This document shows, piece by piece, positions 1-12,639 of a stretch of DNA of 64,000 bases. The DNA is from Macrostomum lignano. Lineage: Eukaryota. The DNA lies in assembly GCA_002269645.1 (NCBI GenBank), contig NIVC01000774.1:1-64000 (forward strand), given 5' to 3'. Each line of letters begins with the position of its first letter. The first letter of the stretch is position 1. Made by a program: the position numbers and the translations under genes. The notes beneath the pieces are model-generated. The model searched no databases and had not been told where the DNA came from. It saw nothing but the letters and a program-made list of their open reading frames with translations.

Positions 1-589
1 GGAACGCAACAGACTAAACTCTTATAGGGTACGAATCTGTAAATGCATGCTTCTATCCACAATTATCAGTTCGGGATACTAGTATGCCTAATATTAACTG
101 TATCAAATTTCAACCAGCTTGAAAAGATAAAGTTGCTTGTAAAACAATTCTGCCGCAAATTCTCTTTGATGTCTGGATGATAAAAATGCAAGAATGCGAA
201 TCCAAGTTATCTAACGTTTAGCTGCGGCGGCATATGCAGCCAGATGCCCAGACGTAGAGCTCCACCAAGGCGCTGACTCCTGATATTGATTCCAGCAGTT
301 GCTCCCCGCTAATGTACATTTACCCCAATGTACAACTTTGATCAAGTGACTTATTTTCCTACCCTTATTATCGATCTAGCTTTCCTTTTCTTTGCATTAG
401 CGGGAATTAAGTGTGAATTAATGACATCCGTGCTGGACAAAATAATACATGTACATAAATGATTATCCGGTGTACAATAATGTACTTGCTTAGTATGCAC
501 TGTATGTACATGTATCCTATAGTTTGTAGAATGTATGTTTAAAGACAGTTGAATAATTGCAAAAAGCTACCATTGCCGGTATGTCTGGG

Positions 590-877
590 AAAAAATTATA
601 ATGCAATGCCTTCGGCGACATCTTGACCCACAACACAACAGTGCAGAAGCAATTCCACTCATTCCACTGACTTCTGAGCACACCCACCACACGTTCTCAA
701 AGTCAGGCATGTACACTCTCTGCGCCTTGGGGGTTGGCCCTCATGAGTGCGAATCGCTCGACAACCCCTGTTCAAATCTTTGTGCACAAGCCCGGTTGAA
801 ATGAATGCGGCCGCGCTCGGAATCGAACGTATGGCTAAGAGTCCAAGACGTGTTTACCACTGAGCTGCTATGCCCCT
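590..877 (-). mobile_element. tRNA-derived SINE-like element (pol III A/B-box head)
   Basis: The minus strand reads GGGGCATAGCAGCTCAGTGGTAAACACGTCTTGGACTCTTAGCCATACGTTCGATTCCGAGCGCGGCCGC: an A-box-like TAGCAGCTCAGTGGTA and a B-box GTTCGATTCC at tRNA-like spacing, with no complete cloverleaf. About 220 nt of unrelated body follows. The 3' end is approximate. Confidence 0.5.
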
Positions 878-3800
878 CGCATATACGGATTGGCAAATGC
901 AAATTAGACTGGCACAAATGGAACGACAGACCTTTAAATATACGAGTAGGAAGTAGTGAGTACAGCTGAGCACTGATAGAAACAGAGTTGCTAATCGAGC
1001 TGGCTGGTAGAAATGCGAGTAAAAAATGGCCTTTCTAAAAGGGGTCAAGACTCCGCGCCACATCCGCGCCGTCTGAAGCCCCCCCCGGGGCTGCGAATTT
1101 ATTGATACAAGGCGACTCGAGCATATGAGGGGACCGCCTTGTCAGTCTGTTTATCTCCCGCGGCCAAAAACCGAAACCCCACTTCGGCATATAGCTCGTA
1201 TAGCTTATATTCGCGCGATTGGTTGCCAGGCCTGTCCTGGAAATGCGATACATGTTTATGAGACTAGAATTGTGTTATACGACTCAATTTCCGTTTGGTA
1301 GTGCAACGATTGTTTTTTGGCGACGACCATTTTGACAGCTCAGTAGATGCGGATATTAACACACTTAAGTGTCTATTGAGCAATGAGCGGTTTTATTCTC
1401 TAGCTCACTGGCACAAGCGCGCAGGCTCTGGACTGGCAAAAAGGTAAACGTTGGCATAAACGCCGCACCGGCGCTGTCAATCTTTGGCACAAGCGCGCAG
1501 GCAAATGACGGCAGCCAGAGTCAGCAGTGCTCATTATCGCAACACATTTATTTGCTCAATTCCCCGAAGCGCTTCACTGCGCTCACTCAGCAGGAGTCTT
1601 CTCTGGCAATACCGCTGACGTTTCCGTTTGCTTGTGCCAGGACTGGTGCTCATGAGGCTTTAGAACAATTTAAGATACAATTTTAACAAGTGATCAACTG
1701 CATTACACACTACGTGGCTTCGTACATGTATTAATTAAAGTTGGCAAGCATTTTTGGACACATCGAGAGGAACAGGTAGACCGGGTCACCTCGGTTTGAA
1801 CGAGATGTTTTCGCCAGTTCCACATTTGCTAAGCACTGCAGCGGACAAATGCGAAGAAAGCCATGCAAAGCCTATAACTAGGTTTGTTGCTGCTCAGTAA
1901 TGCAGCAACGAATTTTTTAAGTTAATAGTTAAGTTAATGATTTTTTTAACTTGTGCAGGGCTGCGCAAATAAACTCGTTTTAAGGTTTCCATCAAATTCA
2001 AACTTCCACCGCTTCGTCCCCCCTCCCCCTTCCATTCTACTCTTGCAAAGAAGAGTAGAAGACTGACAGAAGGCTTCTTGTGCTCCAGGAGTGTATTGCT
2101 CATGCATGCGCAAGTTTTTTTGCACACTGAGCCCGGAGCATTGCCTAACTGTCCCGCACAACCGGTTCAGCAAGCACACTGCAGCTTACTCCGCAAGGCC
2201 TTTCTTTGTTCATTATTGTCTGAACAGTACTCCGACAGGCGAATATCAAAATTTCAGGCCAGGCCACACGGCAAGGCCTGCTGCTGATGCTGTCTGGTGG
2301 GCACAAACAGAAGAAAATAGAACAGAAGAAGATAAGTCAATAATAGATCCCAGCATGGCTGCATCAATGTTTGCCAACACTTCTGTAGAGGCCTTCGCAT
2401 CGCAGAGCTTAATACACAAGATAATTGCTTTCAGAATTTTCAAGGTATTGTACTGGTATGGGAGCACTTGAAGGACCTCACAATGAGCCAGTTGTCAACT
2501 GGAAGAGCAGCAAAGCTGGATGGCCAAGTCAATAATATTCTCATTTTTCTCATTCTACTCGGTGTTGACTGTACAAGCCGCGGCCACTTGCAGAGCGGTC
2601 CGATTCAATTGACTTCGATTTTCTCCTCAGATGCGCGACAGCCTCGCCATCAATCCGCGAGCAGCCAAACTTTTGCTCTGTGGCGGCCTCATTTCTCCCC
2701 ATCACTCTTCCACTATGCTTGCCTGTCACTTCATCATGACGACTTAGCGGGTCAACTCCATTTTTCCACTTTCATATTGCGGCCTGTTTTCTCTACCGAT
2801 TCAGCCAAATTTAATCACTACACTCGGTGCTATAGCGAGCCCTCTTCACCAGCCATCATCAACGACTTGCATATGGCCAATCGATGCTTGAGAATTGACA
2901 GACAGGTCCACCACGGCTACCATGCCGTCAATTGCCGTCACATACACACACGGATAGGAGGAATTGAGTGCCAGGTAAACTACGAGTATGAACGCGAATT
3001 TTAGATTAAAATTTGTAGCTACTAAATAATTAATTTATTGCAGCAGAATCGATAATCGTGCCCAGTAAAGTTTGACCTTACGAGGAATAGCGCGACAAAA
3101 TTCAGTCAATAATCTTCCCCTAGCATTTAGAAGAAAGGCATATAAAGTGATGTCCGCTTAAATAAGCTTAATTGGCGATCTAGCGCTACATAATCAGGCA
3201 ATTTCTCCTTATCCCAAAGGAATAATGCAAAAATGCACAATGCGCAGGACACCAATGCCTAACAAGCAGAATAGAAAGCCAACTAATTGACTTTTCGTGT
3301 GCAGCCGCGGTGGGTCGAGCAGGAAGAGGAAGAATGAAACCTGGAGCTGGGATATCACTGACACTTGATCTTCAGGGCATCCATGCTGACCGCCATTCAA
3401 AGTTAACGAAGCACGTGACTGATAGTACAATGATAGGAAATTCGTAAACAATCTGAATGAGGCCAGCGGTGTGCTTTGGTGTGCGACAATAAAGCTGGCT
3501 TATTTCTGTTACACTACGACATTTGTTCAGCACATTAAGCTGTAAAGCACTTAACAGCAGAGAGGTGTTTGCGGTAATTCAAGTCTGGGGAGGCGATAAA
3601 TCGGATCCAGACTCCTCGTTTGTGGATGATATATTGACGAGTTAAGCCTGGGATCAAAGCAGTGCGCACTCACAGTTAACAGGAACCTCTAATCCGCAAG
3701 GGCGGGCATAAATTGTAGCAATTATTCAGTGCTGACTTGAATCTGCATGAATTCACGAACCTCTCTCGCAACAGAGACTAACAGCTACTCGACCTGTAGG

Positions 3801-6800
3801 CACATTATAGAGCGTATGACAAAACTAATGAGCAAGATCGACTGATGATCCTACCTGGCTCACGTATCGAAAAAAGCTTACTGTTAATTCTTAAATTCTT
3901 AGTTAAGTACTTGAAAAGTTTGTACTAGCAGTGCTGGCAATACTTATTGTAAGCCGCTAAGCCACTGCATCCGTGACGCATAGCCTTCACTCAGACAATC
4001 ATCAAATTTAATATTTCGTGAAGCTTTGATTTGTCAACTTGAAAAAGTACTTTGCATCTGTTTTCTACCGTTATAGTTTCTTCGAATATACGAACTCATC
4101 AGAATATATGGCTTGGCAGGATTCAGTAACGATCAATTAGACGATCGAAGGAACAAGAAATGATAGGTTGTCAGCTCTCTTTTTCTGCTTTATTTTTTTT
4201 CGAGAAAGAAAGATAAGCCGATGAGATGGAGGAGGCGAACTTATTTAGCTTTAGGCCACTCGGCAAGGCCGGGAGCCGAGCTGCAGCAGCTGATTACTGC
4301 AATGCTAATACTTCGGTGCAGTTGCATTAATTAATTTATGGTGCAGGGCGCCAAGATTTTTTAACGGGGAAAGTTTTTTGTCTCATCAGCATTGAAAGTT
4401 GGTTAAGCTGCTTATGACTAAAAATAACCAGGCTTGACGACGAACAAACGATTTCAAGAACGAACTAGAGCCGGTGGGGCTGCCAGGAAACTGCAAGCCT
4501 ACACAATCTTTCATTTTCTCTCTTGCTTGAAGGCTTTAGTCATTCACAGTTGCAAGGGATTTAGTTCCATTACCCACTGACAGCGTGCATTGGTTAGGAT
4601 ATAATGCATCGAACAGTCTGAAAGGCACACGAATTGACCGAATCGTGTGCCTCACATTGCAGCCAAATGTGAGGGCGCACGAGTCGTATTTTTCGCTTAT
4701 CTGTGCGAATGCCGCCGCGGTGCAGTTATTCAGATGGATTGAGGATTTCGAGCGAGGGGACATGTCTTGCGAGGCTGCAGACGCAGCCGGCTGATACATT
4801 CAGCTGTGTGGCGGCATCGCACGCCCTCAGCACATGGCGGCCATGAGGAGAAGCCTTCCCATAGTCGTGTTTACGCGGTGTTTACGCTGCCTAAACCTCT
4901 CCCTATCCTGCTGCCATGCGTAGCGCAAGTCACTACTATCTGGCGATCCAGCGCAGCGTTATATACGGCTGGTGCTGTAGCTCTAGCATCTGCATTACGA
5001 ACGTACACTTAATGCAACTCCAGTTGTGCCAGAAGTCTGGCCAATAAAAAAACTATTCCAAACGAAGTATCTAATTCACAGAACCGCACGGATTCACATC
5101 GATGCCACTAGAAACAGAAACCAACCGAGAAGAGTCCTTCAGAAACAGGCATTCGGCATTGAGAGTTGAAACTCATGTGCAGCGGAGATCGCCAAAGACC
5201 ACAAAAAGCCGGGTCAATAAGAATGACAAGCTCCAATTGACCCGACCGGCAGGCAGACACGACTATCCAAGCGGAGCAGGCGAAGGCAGAGAGAGGCCCG
5301 TCTGCTTTAACCAGCCCTGCGGGCGATTCTCGGCGGATCAGCTCTGTGAAAGATTGAATTATCTGACAGACACCACAGGCCGTGAGTAGCTATAATATAA
5401 GTTCTGTTTCGCTTTAATGCACTTCAGCAGCAGCATCTTTGTGCACACGCGAGCAGCTGCCAATGCACTTTTTAGCTCCGTTGCTTGCTTGCGCCTGCAC
5501 AAAAATCATATCCATTCTCGAGTCGCTAGTCTGATTGAATCTATGAACTTCTATGAGTGGTAGAATTACAGGTGTTGATAGAACAGGATAAAAGGCTTGA
5601 TGGTGTGTCGATGCTTTTCCTAATATTTTTATTTGAATAAATTATCAAAGCAACGTGATTTTACACAACCGTAGAATTATTATTAAGATAAATAACCCAA
5701 GCTAATTAGCAATTCATAACTGAGCCCACAGATACTAGAATAATAAGGCAACACAGACTGTGCCTTAAACAAAAGCGTCTGTTACCTGGGCTATAATTCA
5801 ATCCAACACAGATAGATAGATAGATAGGTTCATTGATTGATTGATATGTAGATAGTTTATCTGTCTTCTATCTATCTATTTATCTACATATCTATCCCCG
5901 AACGTAGCTCCCAACGCTTTACTCTCTAATTACTAAATCTAAAATGCAAAGATAATGAGCAAGATAAAACATCACAGTACATGTGCCACTTGGTGAGTCA
6001 AATTGTTGTGAAGAGTGTCCGATTGCAATAGTTAATAGTAGTGTGAAATTTTGTCCAGATCAAAATGCAACAACCTGTTTATTGTAGCTTGATGCTTGCT
6101 GACTCAAATTATGCATTTTTATGCGCTCGCCTTGCTTTAATAATGGTAATAAAATAGAGATTTTGCATGGCATGACGGTTAATAAATTTTTGAGCTTGCA
6201 CTCTAGCCAGAACAAAAAAATGTTTAGACGCACAGTCTGCCTACTTTAGCAAATAAACCTGAAGTAGTCAGATAAGAAAATGCGGGAGCTAAATAGGCCG
6301 TGTGTTGCAAAATAAAATATAATTAAAAGTATAAACAATAGACGCAGACAAAAACTAGGTACGAAAAAGTTCAGTGAAAGTTTCACCCAAATAGCACCAA
6401 CTAAAATACAGCCGAAAATGCACAGAAGAAAACAATATAGAGAATAGTTGGAGCACATCGGTATTAGAACAGGATTGAAGTTGTTTTCTTTTATTAATTT
6501 AGGTTTGAGTTTAATGTATATATACATGTATATGTGAGATCATAAATAGGCCAAGTTTAGATGACAGTATGAAGGACAATATAAATACATTGAACTGCAA
6601 GCTCGCAGTAAGCGGTTTCACAAGCTAAACAGACTGTGTATGAAAAATGCAACCCAAATGAACGGAAATGTTCAGCCAAATAAGATTTGAGCCTAACCCG
6701 CTTGGACAGACTGGGAAGATAAAAAATTGGAATATTTACTAAGATAAAGTGAACAAAAGTATTAATAATTTTATAACTAATAATTCACACAAGATTGGCA

Positions 6801-6875
6801 GGTATATAGTAGTAGAATAGAGTAAAATATATTGCAAGCCCAACACAAAGCACCTAGTACTTTAAGTAGCTTATA

Positions 6876-9475
6876 TCAATGCTTCTGACTGTTAACAATC
6901 TTGCGCAGATTTGCGCCAGGCGGAGTGTTCCACACGGCGCTGCTGCTCCTTGGCGCCTTCTCAGCGGCCGCTGGGAACACCAGCTTCATTGTGGCTGCCA
7001 GGTCCAAGGTCTCAACTGGTTTGAACACCGACCACCAATGCGGACCGCGGAGGGTCTGCTTAGCGAAGAAGCGGTGCTTATGGTTGCCCTGCACCCAGCG
7101 AGGCAGCGCGTGCCGCGGCGCGTCCTCGTTATCGGTCTCGGCGTCCGAGTTCAGATCGTCAAGCGGATAGGTCTGCGGCGACGAGCGCGGCGGCGGGATC
7201 AGCTTTTTCTCGTAGGCGGTGGTTGGCACAAACGGCTGCGACACTTTCAGCGCCTCCGACTGCTTCTTCCAGGCTAGCTGGGACTCGCGCTCCTCAGCTT
7301 GCGCTGCCGCTGCCGCTTCCTCCGCCGCTTTGCGTCTGCGCTCGGCCTCCTCGGCCGCCGCCTTACGCTGCCGTTCCGCTTCCTCCTCTTTCGCTTTCCG
7401 ATTTCGTTCAGCTTCTTCAGCTGCTTTTTTCTTTGCCTCTTCAGCAGCAGCCAACCGCTTCCGCTCTGCTTCTTCAGCCGCTCTTTTTCGTTCCGCTTCT
7501 TCCTCTGCCAATTTTCGTGCCGCCGATCGCTTGCGATCCGCCTCCTGCTTTTCGGCCAACTTTCTGCGCTCCTCCTCTTCAGCCGCTTTCTTTTCGCGCT
7601 CCGCCTCCTCATTTTTGCGCCGCTGTTCCTCCTGCTTTTTCTGCTCTTCCTCGGCTTTGCGCTTCTCCTCGGCCTTGCGGTGCTCCTCCTCAGCTCGGCG
7701 CTTGCGCTCCGTCTCTTCGCGTCGTTTGGCCTCGGCCTGCAGAGTCTGCGCCACCCGGCCAGTCAGTTCAGTCTGCGCCAACTTCTGCGCAGACCTAGCC
7801 TGAACCTCCTGCTGACGCTTCTGCGCATTCTCCAGAACGCGTTTGCGCTTCTCCTCCTTGTCGCGAGCCTTCTGCGCGCGCAGCTCTTCGGCTTTCTCGC
7901 GGCGCTTGCGCAGGCGCTCCTCTTCGGCGCGCTCCTTCTCTTCTAGGAGGCGCCGGCGCTGTCGCTCCTCTGCGGCATCGTCAGAGGCGCGCGATACGGC
8001 CGCTCCGCCGCCGGCATCGTGCGGCACCCGAGAGCGCGTCTTGCTACCCTGCGCCTTGCTGGTGGAGGCGGTGCCATACCGACCAGACGATGACGATTGC
8101 GGAGCCCCGGCGCCTCCGCTACACTGACCGGCGACCGGGGTGCGGCCAACAGCGGCGGCAGCGCAGCCATCGTCAACAGACATTAGAGAGACATTGGGGT
8201 CCACTAGCTGGCAGCTGACATCCTCTGTCATGTACGACGAGCCGGCTGCTGCCTCCCTATTGACTGCCGGAGTTGAAATCGACGCCTTCTTGGCGCCTTT
8301 TGGCGACGAGGCGGCAGCAGCGGCCCCTACAAAATGCGGAGCGACCAGCGGCGCGTGAAACTGACGTGATACGGCCGTGGCAGCCGGGGTCATGCAGGCC
8401 GGGGCCCGGTAAGGAGCTGCGCCGGCGGTGCGCTGCTTCTTTTTTTCAGCCTCGGCTGTGCCAACGATGCCGCGGGTGAACGGCGAGGCGGCCACGGGAG
8501 AGCGAAGCCGCTTTTTGGACGACTCGGCAACTGGAAGGGGGAGAGGAGATGTGGAATGAAAGAAAGATAGCTACTCACCCACTCTACCACTACCACAGCA
8601 GTCAGCACTGAAGCTACTCACCCACTCTACAACAGCAGCCAGTCAGCACTAAAGCTACTCACCCACTCTACAACAGCAGCCAGTCAGCACTAAAGCTACT
8701 CACCCACTCTACAACAGCAGCCAGTCAGCACTGAAGCTACTCACCCACTGAACCCCAGCAGGCAGTCAGCACTGAAGCTACTCACCCACTCTACAACAGC
8801 AGCCAGTCAGCACTGAAGCTACTCACCCACTCTACAACATCAGCCAGTCAGCACTGAAGCTACTCACCCACTCTACAACAGCAGGCAGTCAGCACTGAAG
8901 CTACTCACCCACTCTACAACAGCAGCCAGTCAGCACTAAAGCTACTCACCCACTCTGCCAGCGGCGGCCGGCCGTCCCCTAGCAGACGTGCTATTAGTAG
9001 AAATAGCAGCTGACGCAGCCGCGGCCGCCGCTCGCCCGGTGCGGGTGCTGCGAGCCGGAGCAGCGGAGGCGGCCGCGACAGCCCGAGTACGCGTGGTCCT
9101 GGCGCCAGCGCCAGTAGTGTTAGACGCCGCATTGGCGCCATTAATAGGACTACGCGAGCGCCGTTTTGAACTGGCCTGAACGCCGAGCATTTCAACGCTA
9201 AGCGGGCCATAAATATCGTCAGCCCCAATAGTAGCCGTGGTCGCTGTTGACAAGTTCGAAGCGGCAGTGGCGCCGATTCGCTTAGCTTTTTTCTTGGGCT
9301 TCGGAGTCTTAGTGGGCAGGGGATTCAAGTTGCGACCCTCAACGAGGCCGGGCATCCGTTCAAATGCCTGCTCCAGGAAGGCCAACTGCTCGCTATAGAG
9401 CTTCTCCGTGGCCTCCTCGGCCTTCAGACGCCAGCGGAGAAGTCCCAGACCGGGAAATGTAGGGCAGTTGGCCAT
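6876..9475 (-). CDS. INCENP: Inner centromere protein (chromosomal passenger complex scaffold); exons 9475-8950 and 8530-6876, about 726 aa
   Basis: The N-terminus (..EQLAFLEQAFERM..PLPTKTPKPKKK) resembles the INCENP N-terminal helix. A long E/K/R/A single-alpha-helix region follows, then a C-terminal IN-box (YPLDDLNSDAETDNEDAPR..PRWVQG..PRSSSAVWNTPP). A phase-1 GTGAGT donor at 8949 and a CCTTCCAG acceptor at 8531 join the two ORFs in frame. The start ATG is taken at 9475. Confidence 0.9.
8571..8951. repeat. 41-bp minisatellite filling the INCENP intron
   Basis: CTACTCACCC recurs at 8571, 8614, 8655, 8696, 8737, 8778, 8819, 8860, 8901 and 8942. The unit is AAGCTACTCACCCACTCTACAACAGCAGCCAGTCAGCACT(G/A). 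Confidence 0.95.
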
Positions 9476-9616
9476 GGCTTTGCTTTGGAGCAGCAATGTG
9501 TTAAAAATTATCTATGCTAGACTGTCGATGTTCACTTAGTTAGATGGTCAGATGTTTGAAATTTTAGTCTGAACTTTAAGACGTGAAAGTAGAATTTGAT
9601 GGGCTGTAGGCTATAT

Positions 9617-9707
9617 TAGAACTTGGTGGCAACCTATAGTCCTGAGCTGCAGTCTATATTACTCGTAGAACTTGGTTGCAACCTATAGTCCTGAGCTGCA
9701 GTCTATA
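9617..9707. repeat. Two near-identical 42-bp direct repeats upstream of INCENP
   Basis: TAGAACTTGGT(G/T)GCAACCTATAGTCCTGAGCTGCAGTCTATA occurs at 9617 and 9666. Confidence 0.85.
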
Positions 9708-10971
9708 AGTACCAAATAAATGCATCCTAGAAAAAGCTGGCTTTCTTTCTTTGCCATAGATGCTTGAAGCTTTATGCATCAATGTATCAAGCAATTTAAA
9801 AAATTACTATTTGCAAAACTAAGCCTTGACCACAAAGCATATTTTAGGTATTTTAGATATTTTAGGTACCTAACCATGCATATATAACTGCTAGCCAACC
9901 TGGCAAATCCAGCATTGTAAATAAAAGCTGACAGAGAAAAAAATGCAAAATTGATGAATTTTTAGTCCCTATTGGAATAAATATTGAAAATCTATAGACA
10001 CATTTTAGAATCATATATAAGTGATTTTATTTCACTTAAGCATTGTATGAAAAAAATTCCCATAGAACTATACCTGTTTTACCTGCAATTAAAAGCTATC
10101 AATCAATATAAATATATACTACGAGCGTATCAATAAAGCAACATTGCATTTGCACAAAATCAAGGCCTATAGATAAGTAAAAGTAGAAATCTAAATTTAT
10201 TATAACCACTTTCAATCAAAAAAGTTGATAAAATTATCTTTTCACTTTTTAGGCAATAACAAAAAGCATGGACATCTTGTTATCAGGCAAAGATCTAGAA
10301 AACTTTTGAGGGGTGGGGGCAAGCTATACTAGGCACTACAACCCAATATTAGAAAATAGACTTAGCATAGTTGCAGGCAAAAAAAGTATGCCCAACATTT
10401 TTCTGGCTGCAGCTAAGGGAACAGTAATATCAATAATATGATATTCTACTGGTGATAGCATAGCATATAATATCAAAGAATTCGACATTTTTTGTTTCTT
10501 GGTATTTGAAATGTTTCATAAAAGTTAGACAAAATTAATTTCTAGAAATCAAAGAGTACTACTTTTATTTGAGTTTAATAAATAGATTCTGAAAAAATAA
10601 ATATGCTGAATTCTTAGAAATACTATAATAACTTTTGTAATATAATGCCCTAGGCTAGGCCCCCCTAAAAAATTTTGTCACAATAAGTATTACAATAAGG
10701 CCTTTAACTATAATAGCAATATTAGAATAATAATATTTTTATATATTTAAGTATTATTCTTATCATTATGAAAATGTTAACCAATAGAACTAATTTAACA
10801 CCTTCTTGACTATGGAGCCTATGGCATTTAGCTTTATCATTATAATTATAATTAATTATTCCTTCTATTTTTGCTTAGGTTTCTTTCATAGATAAGTCAC
10901 ATTTTTGAGCAAAAGTTAGTCCCAAAGCTAGACTAAATCATAGGAAAGGCTTGCACATATAAATGACCTAC

Positions 10972-11280
10972 ATAACTTTTGCTGACACATTTTTAGACAA
11001 TCTTCTGACATTTTTCTATGCTATTTAAATGACCTATATAACTTTGCTAACATATTTTCAGATATATTTTGATACTTTTTTACAACACATGTCATAATGA
11101 ACTTGTTTCACTAACCTATTGCTAAAACTAAATAACATGTTGCAAAAGTGTTAGAAGATATGTCTAAAATATGTTGCAAAAGTTTACCATTATGATACTT
11201 TTCAAACACTAGGCCTAATTTTCACAACATTTTAAGTGTTTGTTAGAAGATATGTCTAAAAATGTATCAGCAAAAGTTAT
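10972..11280. mobile_element. Decayed MITE-like or fold-back element
   Basis: About 40-bp imperfect inverted repeats: ATAACTTTTGCTGACACATTTTTAGACAATCTTCTGACA (10972-11010) versus TGTTAGAAGATATGTCTAAAAATGTATCAGCAAAAGTTAT (11241-11280), with internal partial copies. Confidence 0.55.
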
Positions 11281-11335
11281 AAAGATATATAATATAATTA
11301 TCATATAATATCATATAATATAATAATATGAGGCC

Positions 11336-11566
11336 AACTCCTCTGCTGGAGGAGAAAGGGGAAAAACTCCCATCACTGGAATTCCATTCCCTGAAATCCA
11401 TCAGATGAATCACACCATCCAACTCCTCTCCGCGAAACTGAACACCATCAAAATCCTCTCTGCGGAACAGAAATCCTCTCCGTGAAACTGGACTCACTTG
11501 AAATTTTCTCCGTCAAACAGAACTCAACTCTCAGGATTCAGTGGCTAGGGTTAGGGTTAGGGTTAG
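11336..11566 (+). repeat. Dispersed repeat, copy A, ending in telomere-type (TTAGGG)n
   Basis: AACTCCTCTGCTGGAGGAGAAAGGGGAAAAACTCCCATCACTGGAATTCCATTCCCTGAAATCCATCAG matches the reverse complement of 51851-51959. CTAGGGTTAGGGTTAGGGTTAG lies at 11545-11566. Confidence 0.75.
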
Positions 11567-12149
11567 AGCTGCACAGAGCTGCATGCTGAAAGGCGCCGAT
11601 AATAAATAATTAAACCAATTTATTGCACAATTGATTTCTTAGTCAGCCAGTATCAATCTCAGTTAAGTTAACAAAATGATTGCGCAATCTAAATCAACCC
11701 TCTAATACACAGAGGCAGTAAGAAGTTGAACCCTCCCCGCAACTTTATTTATTACATCTCGCGAAACTGAGTACAATCTTTCCAGAAAGTTAAATGTATA
11801 GAAATCGTACTTGAATGCTCAGCTTTTAGTTTTTATACTTACAGCAAACAACTTATATCCCTGAACTCAGTGTTGCAAGATCTTTCCAGTAATATAAGTC
11901 TCTTCTCTCAAAGTTCAAAACTCGAAGAGCAGTTAGCGTTTGAAACTTTCTGATTTAAAGGATTGAAATATCGAGTGTACGTTCACTGCCTGCTCAATGC
12001 ACAGGACTGCCTAAGACAGAACAAAATAACAGTAGCCAAATCATTGCGCAATTGTCTATACACTCCGCCAGTGAGCTAGGGTTAGATTTTACACACACAG
12101 CCACTGAGAACACGACCATCCCCCCACTGGAGAGAAAATGCAGTGGCAT

Positions 12150-12423
12150 GATAGGAGAAAGTTGTGGCGCAATAACTCAAAATTGATGCAAATTTTAAGT
12201 TCAGAACAGAAAAATAGGCCAAAGAAGGTTGAGAAAACAGTTTTCTGCTTTTTTAACAGACTAAATTAGAAAATTTTAACATTAAAATAGCCTATTTGTT
12301 GCGTAGGAAAATTCTGCACTGATATATATAAGTCCCGTATTTGAGTTGCTAGCCATCAAGGAAGAGATACGCGTTAAACCCAGCCAGTTGATTGATCGAT
12401 CCACTCAGCTTTAGATATAAGAT
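12150..12423 (+). mobile_element. Non-autonomous Helentron/DINE-1-like (HINE) 3' end
   Basis: 12372-12413 (CGTTAAACCCAGCCAGTTGATTGATCGATCCACTCAGCTTTA) matches 55239-55276. Both end in ...TTTA(G/T)AT...AGAT, which is typical of HINE termini. The left boundary is approximate. Confidence 0.45.
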
Positions 12424-12639
12424 ACATGTATATTCATATATTAAATTTGTTATTTTAACAAAATCTCTATTTTATATTTATGGGTTATAATCATTTCAGC
12501 AAAAAGTCATTTTGATATTTTGATAAAAAGTTTTCACCATGTTTAGAAGGCGCTATATAATTATAGTGTATTACCTCTTTGTTTATCAGTTGTTTGTTGT
12601 ATGCAAAAAGAATATGCCTGCATCCGGGTTCCTATGTAA

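Noticed and set aside
1408-1640. Short direct (TGGCACAAGCGCGCAGGC x2) and inverted (CTGGCACAAGC / GCTTGTGCCAG) repeats suggesting a small element
   Set aside because: The match is only 11 bp, with no TSD and no second copy in the window.
1894-5389. Several 60-180 aa ORFs on both strands, with a vague resemblance to a decayed membrane-protein gene at 2.2-3.0 kb
   Set aside because: No recognisable motifs, many stops in the adjoining frames, and no convincing splice structure.
6879-8479. Overlapping + strand and alternative-frame ORFs
   Set aside because: These are antisense or frame shadows of the low-complexity INCENP coiled coil.
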